Source: an uncultured Pseudomonadota bacterium (GTDB taxonomy: Bacteria; Desulfobacterota; Syntrophorhabdia; Syntrophorhabdales; CAYQXL01). Taken from it: a stretch of DNA of 64,000 bases. The translations under genes and the position numbers were made by a program. The stretch covers positions 49,660 to 113,659 of the forward strand of contig CAZYVU010000004.1 in assembly GCA_964651435.1 (NCBI GenBank), in the 5' to 3' direction. The notes under the pieces were generated by a model that searched no databases, was not told the origin of the DNA, and saw only the letters and a list, made by a program, of their open reading frames with translations. Below, piece after piece: positions 42,156 through 52,267 of this stretch (position 1 is the first letter of the stretch; every line of letters starts with the position of its first letter).

Positions 42156-45100
42156 CTATGATTTTCTCTGGCCGGCCTGTTCTGCCTTCAGTTGATCAAG
42201 CTGTCGCCGGATGGCCGGCTTCTCCTGCTCCGGGGCTAACTTAAGCGCCTCCTCGAGGTGTTTGGCCGCCTCGTCGTAACGGCCGAGCCGCGCATAGGTG
42301 ACCCCTACGTTGCGCTGGGCATTGAGATGCCTGGGGGCAATTTTGAGAACGGCCAGCCCTTCTCGAAGGGCGTCATCGAGTCTCCCCGCTTTGAAGTAGA
42401 GAATATTGAGCAGCATGTGCGCGTTTGGATTGTTGGAATTGAGCCGCTCCGCCTTGGAGGCGAGCTTGATGGCCTCGTCCAGCTTTCCCTGCCGGTAAAG
42501 GCTGTGCGCCGCCGCCAGCATGGCATCGACGTTCTTTTCGTCCTTGGCCACGGCCTCTTTGAATGCGGGCAATGCCTCATCATGCTTGCCCCTGCGGGCC
42601 TGTATCTCTCCAAGCAGCCGATGGGTGGGGGAAAATCGGTCATCAATCTTGAGCGAGACCTTCAACTTTTCCAGCGCCCCGTCGTAGTCGCCCCGCTGCA
42701 GGTATGCGGCAGCCCAAAGGTTGTACACGGCAGCCCGGTAAGGATTCTGTGTTATGGCGCGCTCAAAATAGGTATTCGACCTTTCGATCCGCATCGTCCG
42801 CAGCTCCGGGGAAGGCTCCGATGCGGCCAGGGCCGCATTCACAAACCCCAGATTGGCAAGGTAATCGACGCTTAAGGGGTTCGTGCCGTGTGCCTTTTCC
42901 AAGGTAAAAAGGCTCTTCTCCATGAGGGCCCTTCGCTCCTGCACCCCGGGGGCCGACCGGGCCCCGTCAAAGATCGCCTTGGACAGGGACCCCAGGTATT
43001 GACTCTCGCCCGGGTCCGCTTCCGTGGCACGGCCGTACCACAGAAGGCTTCCTCGGACATCCTGCCTGCGCTCGGCGCTCTTGCCGAGCTTCTGGTAGAT
43101 GTCGGCCCTTGCCGGCGCTACATTGGACTCGGCTATCCACCACACGGTGAGGACGGCCAGCACGGGGTAGAGCCACCACCAGCCTTTTCTGCTCAGGACG
43201 GGGACCGTACCCGGGCCGGCGAGGACGAAGGCAAGGGTCGCCAGAAGAATCATAACGACGGTAACGTAGAAGCCGATCACCTTCCCGGGATCAGACCCAG
43301 GCTGGACGAAGGTAGTCTCAATGAGAAGAAGAACGATCGTCACAACGGCGGAGGACACAAGGAAAACAAGTGCATTGAGGTACCACGTGGAGCTGCCGGC
43401 CCCTTCCCGGAGGTCTTGGCGGAGGAAGAAGGCGCCGGCCGACAACGCCGTGGCGAGGACGATAAGGATGCCGTAGGAGTCCGTGACCAGTTCTCCCACA
43501 TAGATGCGGGAGAACGCACGGCCGAGAACGGTAAGGGAGTCGCCCTCTCCCTGCGGATTAATGACGTTCGGAAAGGCGAGGGAAAAGAGGAGGCCCATCA
43601 TGAGGGTGCTGTAAAAGGCCGTATCCTTCCAGCCTGCCGACGGCAAACCTTGGCGCGGCGGCCCCTTCTTCTCTCTGGATGCCTGGGCCGCAACGGGTGT
43701 CCCGCCCTGCAATGGCTTGGCAGCACCCTCGCCGCCCTGACCGGCGACGAGCACCATAAGCCCCGCAAAGAGAAAGAGGAAGAGTCGCGTGGCGGCTACG
43801 GTGATACCGGAGTGGGTTTCCACGAAGTGCGCCACAAGGGCCGCAAGTAACGCCAGCAGGAGGAGCTGCTTGCCCGTCTTGAGCCCCACACCGGCAGGGG
43901 CTGTAGAGACCAGGCCGGTTACGGCCATGGAGGCAACGAGCCCCCCGACAAGGCCGAGCGGCAGGCCGATGAAGGACAGATTGGGTGTCGCGCCGACGAG
44001 GCGGGGTAGGAAAAAGCCTGCCAGGCCTCCTGCCGCAACGCAGGCGGCAAAGATGATCTTGTCCCGCTTGAGCACAAGGAGGCCGAGCCACCTGAGCCCG
44101 TAATAGAAGACAGCCACAATGAACCAAAGGTAGGCGGCGAGCCCGGCGAGCCCGGAGTTGACCAGGGTGTCCAGGGTCTCGTTGTGCGACCTGTCGGCCG
44201 TGGCATCGCGGGATTCGAGGAAGGCCAGTTCCGGGGAGCCGAAGCGGCCCCAGACATACTTCATCGTGTCGGGACCCTGGCCGATGACGCTGCGAACGGG
44301 CGAGCTCTTGACCAGACGAACGGTCCCATCCCAGATCAGGAGACGAACCTTCACGGTGTCCGACTGAAGGTCAAAGAGTGTGCCGAGGCGGCCTGCGTAG
44401 GGTATGCCTTTTTTTGCCGCCTCGCCCCCGCCGGCCACGAGCAGGACCACCAGAAACATTGCTGCAAGTCCCTGAAAAACAAGGCTTAGCCAGAGCCAAC
44501 GGTACCCCTTCTTTCGTATAAGAAAGAAGATGTAGGCCGGAAGGGCCCCAACGGGCATGCTCAGAACGGCAAAAAGCAGGGCCTTCCCCGCGTCCTGCGC
44601 AGTCAGCCGGACGGTCCCCCCGTCCCCTTTGGCCAGCATAAGGAGGCCGCCAAGCATAAAAACGCCAAGCCCCGCTACGAACCCGAAAAGGGGGCCGCGG
44701 CTTTGGGTCAGGACGAAGGTAAAGAGCTGCAGCATAGCAAGGAGGGCGTAAAAAGCCGCAGGAATAAGGCCTTGCACCCCCCGGTCTTGCCTCCGGTACA
44801 GACTAAGACAGGACTCTATAAGTCGCGCCAAGGTCAAAGGGAAGACCATGATAAGGTAGGCCGAAAGAAAGATGGGGTTTCCGAAGGTGGAGGCAACGCG
44901 CAGCGACAGGGCGCCCGACCCGGACGCACTGCCCCCGAAGGCCTGGACAATCCCGTAGGCCGCCACAGGAACGCCGGCGAGAATGATGGCGTCGACGAGC
45001 CTCCGTATGCCCCGCTCACCTTGAAGGGACTCTGTGAGGACGAAAAACATGATGGCATAGGATAGAAGGGAGTATAGCCCCTGCCTGCGCTCGTAGCCTC

Positions 45101-45431
45101 CCCAAAAGCTTGTTTCCGGAAGGACGGAAAAGGCGGTGCTGACGGCGTTGACGGCGCACAGCAGCAGCAAAGGGGCAACGAGCGGCTGCGCAAGAAAGCC
45201 CGAGACCCCGCCCGCTCCGGTGCGCACCCAGCCTCCCCGTTCAATATTTCTGCACACAAGGGCAAACAGGCCAATAAGGGAAAGAGAACGGACCAACAGC
45301 ACCTTGTCGGGCTCAAAGGATTGGGCTGCGAAAATATTGAAGAAACCGGGAACGAGGGTGACAGCGAACAAAACCGCCGCAGCCATGAGGCCGTCAAAAA
45401 AAAGGCCAAGCCGTGTGGCCGCAGGCGCCAT
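42156..45431 (-). CDS. giant membrane protein: O-antigen ligase/polymerase (Wzy_C)-like region fused to C-terminal TPR repeats
   Basis: About 20 hydrophobic spans with ..TQSRGPLFGFVAGLGVF... The last 330 aa or so are TPR-like (..YNLWAAAYLQRGDYDGALEKLKVSLKID..). Start set at ATG 45431 after AGGAAG. Confidence 0.6.
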   Translation of the reverse strand: MAPAATRLGLFFDGLMAAAVLFAVTLVPGFFNIFAAQSFEPDKVLLVRSLSLIGLFALVCRNIERGGWVRTGAGGVSGFLAQPLVAPLLLLCAVNAVSTAFSVLPETSFWGGYERRQGLYSLLSYAIMFFVLTESLQGERGIRRLVDAIILAGVPVAAYGIVQAFGGSASGSGALSLRVASTFGNPIFLSAYLIMVFPLTLARLIESCLSLYRRQDRGVQGLIPAAFYALLAMLQLFTFVLTQSRGPLFGFVAGLGVFMLGGLLMLAKGDGGTVRLTAQDAGKALLFAVLSMPVGALPAYIFFLIRKKGYRWLWLSLVFQGLAAMFLVVLLVAGGGEAAKKGIPYAGRLGTLFDLQSDTVKVRLLIWDGTVRLVKSSPVRSVIGQGPDTMKYVWGRFGSPELAFLESRDATADRSHNETLDTLVNSGLAGLAAYLWFIVAVFYYGLRWLGLLVLKRDKIIFAACVAAGGLAGFFLPRLVGATPNLSFIGLPLGLVGGLVASMAVTGLVSTAPAGVGLKTGKQLLLLALLAALVAHFVETHSGITVAATRLFLFLFAGLMVLVAGQGGEGAAKPLQGGTPVAAQASREKKGPPRQGLPSAGWKDTAFYSTLMMGLLFSLAFPNVINPQGEGDSLTVLGRAFSRIYVGELVTDSYGILIVLATALSAGAFFLRQDLREGAGSSTWYLNALVFLVSSAVVTIVLLLIETTFVQPGSDPGKVIGFYVTVVMILLATLAFVLAGPGTVPVLSRKGWWWLYPVLAVLTVWWIAESNVAPARADIYQKLGKSAERRQDVRGSLLWYGRATEADPGESQYLGSLSKAIFDGARSAPGVQERRALMEKSLFTLEKAHGTNPLSVDYLANLGFVNAALAASEPSPELRTMRIERSNTYFERAITQNPYRAAVYNLWAAAYLQRGDYDGALEKLKVSLKIDDRFSPTHRLLGEIQARRGKHDEALPAFKEAVAKDEKNVDAMLAAAHSLYRQGKLDEAIKLASKAERLNSNNPNAHMLLNILYFKAGRLDDALREGLAVLKIAPRHLNAQRNVGVTYARLGRYDEAAKHLEEALKLAPEQEKPAIRRQLDQLKAEQAGQRKS

Positions 45432-45448
45432 CGCTTCCTGGCCGATCG

Positions 45449-46411
45449 TTATCGTCTTGCGTTGAACCATGCTACGGTCCGTTCCAGGCCCTCCCGCAGC
45501 GACACCTTGGCGCGGAAACCCAGGATCTTCTCCGCCTTGCTGGCATCGAGCTCCCTCGTCATGTCTTCAAACTGAGCCCCGTAAACCTCCGCATAGGGGA
45601 CCAGAACCGTGGACGATGACGACCCCGTAAGCCGGAGTATAATCCTGGCGAGGTCCAGGACGGAACTGCTTACCGTGCTGCCGATATTGAAGACATCGCC
45701 CAGGGCCTCGTCACGGGTTGCAGCCATGACGCTTCCATCGACCGTATCGTCAACATAGGTGAAACAGCGGGTCTGCGTACCGTTACCGTGAATCGTGAGG
45801 GGTTTCCCGGCCATGGCCTGACTGATAAAGGTAGCCACGACACTGCCGTAGCCCCGGGGGTCCAGCCTCGGGCCATATGAATTGACATAGCGGACAACAG
45901 AAACGGGTAGGCCCTCGGAGTGATAGGCGAAACAGAGATGTTCTCCCAAGGCCTTGGCCAATCCGTAAGACCACCGGAAGACCTTCGTCGATCCAAAGAC
46001 GCTGTCGTCGGCCTCGCCAAAGGGCAGCTTCGGATTCTTTCCATAAATTTCAGACGTTGAAGCAAAAAGCACACGGCGCCCGAAGCGGTAGCTCGTTGTA
46101 AGGACCACCTCCGTGCCCAGCGAATTGTCGAGGATGGAGCGGACCGGATTGTCCAGGACATGCCGCACCCCGACCACGGCGGCGAGATGACAGACGAGAT
46201 CGCAATCCTCGATGAGGCGCTCCATGAGTGACCGGTCCCGAACATCACCTTTGACGAAGCTAAAGTGCCGTGACGACAGGTTGTGATCGATGTTTTCGAT
46301 CCTGCCCGTGAACAGGTTGTCCACAACCGTTACGTGCCAGCCTTCCTTCAAAAGTCTGTCTACAAGGTGCGAACCTATATAGCCCGCCCCTCCTGTTACC
46401 AGCGCTTTCAT
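45449..46411 (-). CDS. NAD-dependent sugar-nucleotide epimerase/dehydratase (SDR family)
   Basis: VTGGAGYIGSHLV Rossmann motif and catalytic YGLAK (YxxxK). Confidence 0.85.
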   Translation of the reverse strand: MKALVTGGAGYIGSHLVDRLLKEGWHVTVVDNLFTGRIENIDHNLSSRHFSFVKGDVRDRSLMERLIEDCDLVCHLAAVVGVRHVLDNPVRSILDNSLGTEVVLTTSYRFGRRVLFASTSEIYGKNPKLPFGEADDSVFGSTKVFRWSYGLAKALGEHLCFAYHSEGLPVSVVRYVNSYGPRLDPRGYGSVVATFISQAMAGKPLTIHGNGTQTRCFTYVDDTVDGSVMAATRDEALGDVFNIGSTVSSSVLDLARIILRLTGSSSSTVLVPYAEVYGAQFEDMTRELDASKAEKILGFRAKVSLREGLERTVAWFNARR

Positions 46412-46444
46412 GATCGCTTAGCTTACTGTGACCGCCTTGAAAAA

Positions 46445-47551
46445 TCAAGAATTACAGACTTCTCGGTAAAGCCTTTCGACCCTCTCCACCATCGTTTCAA
46501 GGGAGAATTCCCTGAGGGCACGGTCCCGTGCCGCAGCGCCCATGGCCGCACACAGATGCGGATTGGCGAGAAGTTTCATGAGCGCCCCCTTAAGGGCCGA
46601 AGGGTCTCGTGCGGGGACAACGAGGCCCGTCTTCTCGTGGAGGTTGACGAACGAGGTGCCCGTCCCCAGCTCCGTGGAAACTACCGGCTTGCCGCTGGCC
46701 ATCGCTTCAACCTGCACAAGGCCGAATGCCTCGCTTCTCTCCGATGCAGGCAGGACAAAGATGTCCGAGGCGTGGTAAAGGGGCGGAAGGTCTTCATCGC
46801 TCACCTCGCCGCAGAAGGCCACCTTATCCCCAAGCTGAAGGGAGTTGGCCAGCTTCTTCCAGTAGCCCTCCATAGGCCCGCTCCCGACGACAAGCAGGCG
46901 TGCCGGCACGTCGGCCATTGCCTCCAGAAGATAGTGAAGCCCCTTGTAATAGCGCAGTTTACCGACAAAAAGAAGGAGGGGGGATCCGTAGCGGCTGCGA
47001 AAGGCCTTCACCTCCGACGGGTCGGGGGCCAGAAAGGGGTCGAGATCGATCCCCAAGGGAATGACGGTGCACTTGCTCCGAAGCGGCCTCAGGTACGGAG
47101 ACGAGTTAATATAGTTGTGGCTCGTCGCTATTATCCTGTCAACGCCTCCCAGGACCCTCCTGAGCAAGGGGCGGTAGAGCCTCAGGATGGCCTTCTGACG
47201 CACCACGTCGCTGTGATACGTGAGAACGGTCCGCTTCGACCGGCCGAACAAAAACTGGGACACCTCTCCTAAGGGGTAGGGGAAATGGAGATGGGTGACG
47301 TCGGGCCTCTCCTTGCGCAGCAGGAGAGGAAGGCTGAGCGCGATGGGCGCCGAGGCGACGGTCGCGATTCTCCCCGCCTTGATTACCCGCACGCCGTTCA
47401 TTTCCTCGACATGCGTCTTTCCCGTCGGGTGCGTAACAAGGACCGTCACGGTGTGTCCCTTTCCTACCTGGGCCTCTGCCAGCATCTTGATGTGGTTCTC
47501 CATGCCGCCGAGAACGGGATAGTAGTCCTTATAAACGTGGAGTATGTTCAA
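46445..47551 (-). CDS. glycosyltransferase family 4
   Basis: ..AFGLVQVEAMASGKPVV.. (EX7E region). TTG start after GGAGG, overlapping the upstream stop (TTGA). Confidence 0.8.
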   Translation of the reverse strand: MNILHVYKDYYPVLGGMENHIKMLAEAQVGKGHTVTVLVTHPTGKTHVEEMNGVRVIKAGRIATVASAPIALSLPLLLRKERPDVTHLHFPYPLGEVSQFLFGRSKRTVLTYHSDVVRQKAILRLYRPLLRRVLGGVDRIIATSHNYINSSPYLRPLRSKCTVIPLGIDLDPFLAPDPSEVKAFRSRYGSPLLLFVGKLRYYKGLHYLLEAMADVPARLLVVGSGPMEGYWKKLANSLQLGDKVAFCGEVSDEDLPPLYHASDIFVLPASERSEAFGLVQVEAMASGKPVVSTELGTGTSFVNLHEKTGLVVPARDPSALKGALMKLLANPHLCAAMGAAARDRALREFSLETMVERVERLYREVCNS

Positions 47552-48885
47552 CGTTGGGCCTCCACCTTCGACAAGCCCCGCACGATAGCGCCGCCGGTGA
47601 CCATGACGGCGCACAGACCGCTGCTTACCGCAACAGCGGCCACAGGAAAAGGAAGAGCGATCGCCCAGAGGTGGCTAAGCCGGGAAAGTCCGAAAAGAAA
47701 ATAGATTATACAGACCATCATCCGATAGCCTCCGGCCCTTGCCCAAAGCCAGGCAAGGCCGGGAAGCACAAGGACGTGGTTGTACCGGTCCGTGTGCGGG
47801 ACAAGGATGAGACAGAAAAGAATGAAAAGATAAAACATGATCTCAGGATGCTCTTTGCCGTGGCGGCGCAGCACATAAAGATAGACAACCCCCAGGGCGG
47901 CGCAAAGGGCAAAGGCCACGGCCAGAACAGCGGAAAAGGGCAGATCATGGGGAGGAGACCACCGAATGGTATGCATTACATCGACGGCCCGGCCCGGTAT
48001 GTCAAATTGCTGGGTGCGGGAAAGCCGGTCTACGGCCGCAAGGAGTGACTGATCTTCAACACCCTTGAAGCCGACGAAAGATGATGACCGCTGCACAAAA
48101 AAACGGCCCCAATGGTCCCCACTGGCCTCGGGGTATGCGGCATGAACGATCAGGTTTGTCCCCAGGAGAACGGCGGCGGCGATGATAAAAAGCCTCCCCC
48201 GCCTGAGCAAAGGCAACGGCGCAATCCAGAGAAGGGGAAATATTTTCGCTGAAAAGGCGACGAGCCACGACGCAAGGGCCGACACCTCGCGGCCCGCCCC
48301 GCCCGATCTCAGCGCCCGCCCCATGAGCAGCACCGCAACAAGGAGGAAGATGGCGTTCTGCCCCAGAGTCAGATTGAGAAACGTGGGCCCAAAGGTCATT
48401 ATGAGCAGAAAAACGCCCAACACCTTGGCGGGCCGCTTTTCTTCGCCCGCAATCGAGAGGAGCATAAAGGTGCATGTCAGAACAAGGGCCGAGAGAATAG
48501 CAAGCCAGACCCAAGACGCCTGGGGAAAGGAGAGAAACGTCAAGGGCTTGAGGATCGCGAGGCCCAAGGGCGGGCTTCCGGAGAGCTCGGGGATGACGCT
48601 GAGCCCCTGCTCTTTTTCAAGCATGGTCACAAATTCCGGTACGTTGCGGTATGCGGGAACGGACGCCCTCAGGGCAAAGGCGCCCACATAAAACCCGGCA
48701 AAATCAAGGAGCTTCGGCGTGGGGAAAAAGGTGTTCAGCCTGAGCAAGGCCGTACCGACGTGGATCAGCATGGCGCCCGCCACTAAGGCAAGGGCTATCA
48801 GTTTTCCAATGCTCTTCGTCCGGTCCTCCAGGCTCCCTCCTCGACTCTGCGGCCTTCCCTCAAATGATAAACACAAATATACCAC
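47548..48885 (-). CDS. polytopic membrane protein, possibly GT-C-type glycosyltransferase (DUF2029-like)
   Basis: More than 10 hydrophobic spans and placement inside a glycan locus. No motif I can name with certainty. Confidence 0.4.
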   Translation of the reverse strand: MVYLCLSFEGRPQSRGGSLEDRTKSIGKLIALALVAGAMLIHVGTALLRLNTFFPTPKLLDFAGFYVGAFALRASVPAYRNVPEFVTMLEKEQGLSVIPELSGSPPLGLAILKPLTFLSFPQASWVWLAILSALVLTCTFMLLSIAGEEKRPAKVLGVFLLIMTFGPTFLNLTLGQNAIFLLVAVLLMGRALRSGGAGREVSALASWLVAFSAKIFPLLWIAPLPLLRRGRLFIIAAAVLLGTNLIVHAAYPEASGDHWGRFFVQRSSSFVGFKGVEDQSLLAAVDRLSRTQQFDIPGRAVDVMHTIRWSPPHDLPFSAVLAVAFALCAALGVVYLYVLRRHGKEHPEIMFYLFILFCLILVPHTDRYNHVLVLPGLAWLWARAGGYRMMVCIIYFLFGLSRLSHLWAIALPFPVAAVAVSSGLCAVMVTGGAIVRGLSKVEAQR

Positions 48886-48931
48886 AATCTCCGTCGTCGC
48901 GCCGACCTGCCCAATGCTATCCTGGCGCAGG

Positions 48932-50047
48932 TTACCGCTGGGCGCGGACGGCCGACGAATAGACCGACAATGTCTCCGCTGCCGCCCTTTTCCACGAGAA
49001 CGCCCGTGCCCGTTGGAGGCCCTCCCGACGCAGGCGATCTCTCTCCTCGGCGTCCTTGAGAAGCGTTTCCATTGCCCGCGCCATCATGTCGACATCGTGG
49101 CCGTCAACAAATTTCACGGCAGTACCGCCCACCTCAACGAGGCTTCCTGCGTTGCTGCACAGCACCGGCGTGCCGCATGCCATGGCCTCGAGGACGGGCA
49201 GGCCGAAGCCTTCGTAGAGGGAAGGCATGACAAAAAGGACGGCGCCGCAATAAAGCGCGGCGAGGTGTTCCTCGGCAACGCTGCCCAGAAAGAGAACCGA
49301 CCCCAGGCAACGCAGTTCCTCGGCCCTCCTCTTGGCCTCCGGAAAACGGTGGTCCCAGTGCCCGGCCACCACGAGAACAAAGTCCCGTAGCCTGCCTGCC
49401 TTCTCGATTTGCGCCCACGCTTCGACAAGGCGCACAAGGTTCTTGTGGGGCTTGTTCGTACCTACCGAGAGGACATACCGTTCCGGCAAGCCGTACCGGG
49501 CGCCGACGGCCTCCGTCTCCCCCCGGGGTCTCGGATAAAAATCTGACGCCGAGGCCTCCTCGACAACGGTAACCGTTGTGGGTTCTACATTGAAGCGGTC
49601 GATGAGGTCGGCCTTTGTCTGCCCCGACACAGCAATGAGCCTCGAAGCGGCCCTGAGCGCCAGACGGGTCGTCAAGCCGTAAACGATGCGCTGTCCCCTG
49701 CTGAAATAGTGGGGAAAGAGGACTGGAATGACATCGTGACATGTAAGAACAGTCGGCACCCCCGGTCGATACGGCATGAGGTAGTAGGGGCTGTGATAAA
49801 TCACGGGCTTCAGGCGGGACAGGGCGGGGCGAAGGGACCACTGCTGGGCCACGGAGAAGGGCGTGCGAGGGCATGGTAGCGCCGGGAAATCGGGCAGGCT
49901 GTAGGGTTCGTCGACCCCCAGGGCCGTTATGACATGTATCGGAGGAGTACCGGCAAGCTGCTTGAACCCCCAAAGCAGGCCGGCAACGTACCTGCCGATG
50001 CCCGGGAAACCCTTGTGGGCCGTCCTCGCGTCAACAACAACGTTCAT
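48932..50047 (-). CDS. glycosyltransferase family 4
   Basis: ..SLYEGFGLPVLEAMACGTPVLCSNAGSLVEVGG... Start at ATG after GAGAGGG, with a 17-nt overlap of the upstream gene. Confidence 0.85.
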   Translation of the reverse strand: MNVVVDARTAHKGFPGIGRYVAGLLWGFKQLAGTPPIHVITALGVDEPYSLPDFPALPCPRTPFSVAQQWSLRPALSRLKPVIYHSPYYLMPYRPGVPTVLTCHDVIPVLFPHYFSRGQRIVYGLTTRLALRAASRLIAVSGQTKADLIDRFNVEPTTVTVVEEASASDFYPRPRGETEAVGARYGLPERYVLSVGTNKPHKNLVRLVEAWAQIEKAGRLRDFVLVVAGHWDHRFPEAKRRAEELRCLGSVLFLGSVAEEHLAALYCGAVLFVMPSLYEGFGLPVLEAMACGTPVLCSNAGSLVEVGGTAVKFVDGHDVDMMARAMETLLKDAEERDRLRREGLQRARAFSWKRAAAETLSVYSSAVRAQR

Positions 50048-51188
50048 AGACCCTCTCATAGACATCCCATGTCCGCTCGGCCGTCTTCTCCCAGGTAAAG
50101 CCCTTCGCCCGGTCAATCCCTTTCGCTATAAGGTTCCGCTGCAGCTCCGCGTTCGAGAGGAGCCCCCTGATCGCCTCAACCCATGCCCATGTGTCCAGGG
50201 GCGGCAGGAGGATGGCGGCGTCGCCTGCCACCTCCGGGAGGCTGGACCCGTTGCTGCAGAGCACCGGCGTACCGCATGCCATGGCCTCGAGGACCGGCAG
50301 GCCGAAGCCTTCGTAAAGTGAAGGAAAAAGAAACATGCGGGCAGCGCCATAGAGTGATGCCAACGCTTCATCGGCGAGAGGTCCCGTGAGAACGACCCGG
50401 TCCTCCATGCCCGTGTCGCGCAACCGGTCAAAGAACGGCCCCGAGAGCCACCCTTTCCTACCTGCCACCACCAGCTTAAGGTCCTCGCCTCCGTTGTCTA
50501 CAGCCTTCAGCACATCGAGGAGCATGGCGAGATTCTTTCGTGGCTCGATGGTCCCTACCGCAAGGAGAAAGGGGCCGGACAAGCCGTACCGGTCACGGAC
50601 CGCTTGGTCCCGGTCCCCCCCGGCCGCCCGGGGGCGAAAGCGCCTGTTGACACCATGAGGGATAACGGCGATCTTGCCGGCCGGGACGGATGCAATGCGT
50701 ACGGCGTCGCGCTTCGTCGACTCGGAAACGGCGATGACGGCATCGGCACAACGCATGAAGGCCGGGACCATGGCACGGGAGAACCACCGGTTCAAGGGGC
50801 GGTGCATATCGGGGAAGAGGGTGACGGTCATGTCGTGGAGGGTAAACACCTTGCCCGCCGCCGCACGATAGGGCAGGAGGTGGTCCGTGGCGTGAAAAAT
50901 GTGGGACGACAGGCTGCAGAGGCGGCCCGTCGATATCCGGAGCATGTGCGTAGTAAGAACGAAAAGCCTCCAGGGCTTGTTGCCCAGGCGGAGCCGACGG
51001 CCCTTGAGCCCCGAAAGTCCTCCTTTCAGCCCTTCGTCGCCCTCTGCCACAGAAAAGGCGGCCACCTGTCCGGACCGCCCTATGGCCTTAAAGCCCTGCA
51101 GCAGTTCATCGACGTACCTTCCAATGCCGGCGTGACCCTGGGCGGCGGGCGTCGCATCGACGGTAACGCGAAGGCCCCCTTTGTTCAT
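50031..51188 (-). CDS. glycosyltransferase family 4
   Basis: ..SLYEGFGLPVLEAMACGTPVLCSNGSSLPEVAG... ATGA overlap with the upstream gene. Confidence 0.85.
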   Translation of the reverse strand: MNKGGLRVTVDATPAAQGHAGIGRYVDELLQGFKAIGRSGQVAAFSVAEGDEGLKGGLSGLKGRRLRLGNKPWRLFVLTTHMLRISTGRLCSLSSHIFHATDHLLPYRAAAGKVFTLHDMTVTLFPDMHRPLNRWFSRAMVPAFMRCADAVIAVSESTKRDAVRIASVPAGKIAVIPHGVNRRFRPRAAGGDRDQAVRDRYGLSGPFLLAVGTIEPRKNLAMLLDVLKAVDNGGEDLKLVVAGRKGWLSGPFFDRLRDTGMEDRVVLTGPLADEALASLYGAARMFLFPSLYEGFGLPVLEAMACGTPVLCSNGSSLPEVAGDAAILLPPLDTWAWVEAIRGLLSNAELQRNLIAKGIDRAKGFTWEKTAERTWDVYERVYERCC

Positions 51189-52267
51189 CGGCATGCCTTC
51201 CGCCGTCCCAGCACGCGCCCGTACACCTCGATCGTCTCTTCTGCGGCCTTCTTCCATGAAAAAGAAGCGGCCCGTCGCAATCCTTTCTCCCTCAGCTCCC
51301 GCTTCTTATCCGCACCATCAACAACAGCAAGGAGCGCCTCCGCCAGGGCCTTGGGGTGGTCTGGTGGAACGAGGACCGCCGCACCCCCGGCCACCTCGGG
51401 CATACTTGAAATGTTGGAGCAGACTACCGGCGTGCCGCAGGCGAAGGCCTCCACGAGGGGAAGGCCGAAGCCTTCGTACCGCGATGGAAGAACGAGCAGT
51501 TCTGAGGCGCTGTAGAGGGAGGGCATGTCCTCTTCCGCAACATGGCCCAGAAGGCGAACGTGCCCCGAAAGGCCAACGGAGCCGGCCTCCTCCACAAGGG
51601 GTGTAACCCTCCAACCCACCTTGCCGGCCATGACCACGGCCACATCCGTTCTTGCCTTCAGGATGAGCCGCATGGCTGCGAGCAGCGTATCCACCCCCTT
51701 GCGCGGCTCGATGGTGCCCACGAAGAGAATGAACCGGTCCGGCAGGCCGTACTTCCTGCGTACACCCTCTGCCTCGCCGGCGCTCCGCGGACTGTAGTGC
51801 TCCCCAACGGCCGCATGGATCACCGTAATCTGTGATGCATCGAGCCCCAGGAGACGCATCAGGTCCTTCTTCGTGTGGTCGGAAACGGCAATGACGTGGT
51901 CCGAAAACCGTGTTGCGTAGGGAAGCCACTTGGACCAATACCATCGGGAGGCCGGCGGGAGATTTTCGGGGAAGATCATGCCGATGAGGTCGTGAACGGT
52001 CAACACGACGGGGCACGGCTTCCAAAGGGGCGCATCGAAGCCCGTCACGTGCAGCAGGTGGGCGGATACTCGCCTGGCGCGCGCCGGGAGCCCCATCTGC
52101 TGCCACGCCAACCGCTCGTCGAGCCTCATAGACCGGGGCCTGCCGCAGTTCAGCTCCGCTATGTCGTACGTCCCGGCGGCCTTGAGCGCCCCGACGAGCT
52201 CGCTCGTGTACCGGCCTATCCCGGTCATGGCGCCCAGCGTAGATTGGGTGTCGACGGCAACCCTCAT
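51185..52267 (-). CDS. glycosyltransferase family 4
   Basis: ..SRYEGFGLPLVEAFACGTPVVCSNISSMPEVAG... The start abuts the upstream stop. Confidence 0.85.
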   Translation of the reverse strand: MRVAVDTQSTLGAMTGIGRYTSELVGALKAAGTYDIAELNCGRPRSMRLDERLAWQQMGLPARARRVSAHLLHVTGFDAPLWKPCPVVLTVHDLIGMIFPENLPPASRWYWSKWLPYATRFSDHVIAVSDHTKKDLMRLLGLDASQITVIHAAVGEHYSPRSAGEAEGVRRKYGLPDRFILFVGTIEPRKGVDTLLAAMRLILKARTDVAVVMAGKVGWRVTPLVEEAGSVGLSGHVRLLGHVAEEDMPSLYSASELLVLPSRYEGFGLPLVEAFACGTPVVCSNISSMPEVAGGAAVLVPPDHPKALAEALLAVVDGADKKRELREKGLRRAASFSWKKAAEETIEVYGRVLGRRKACR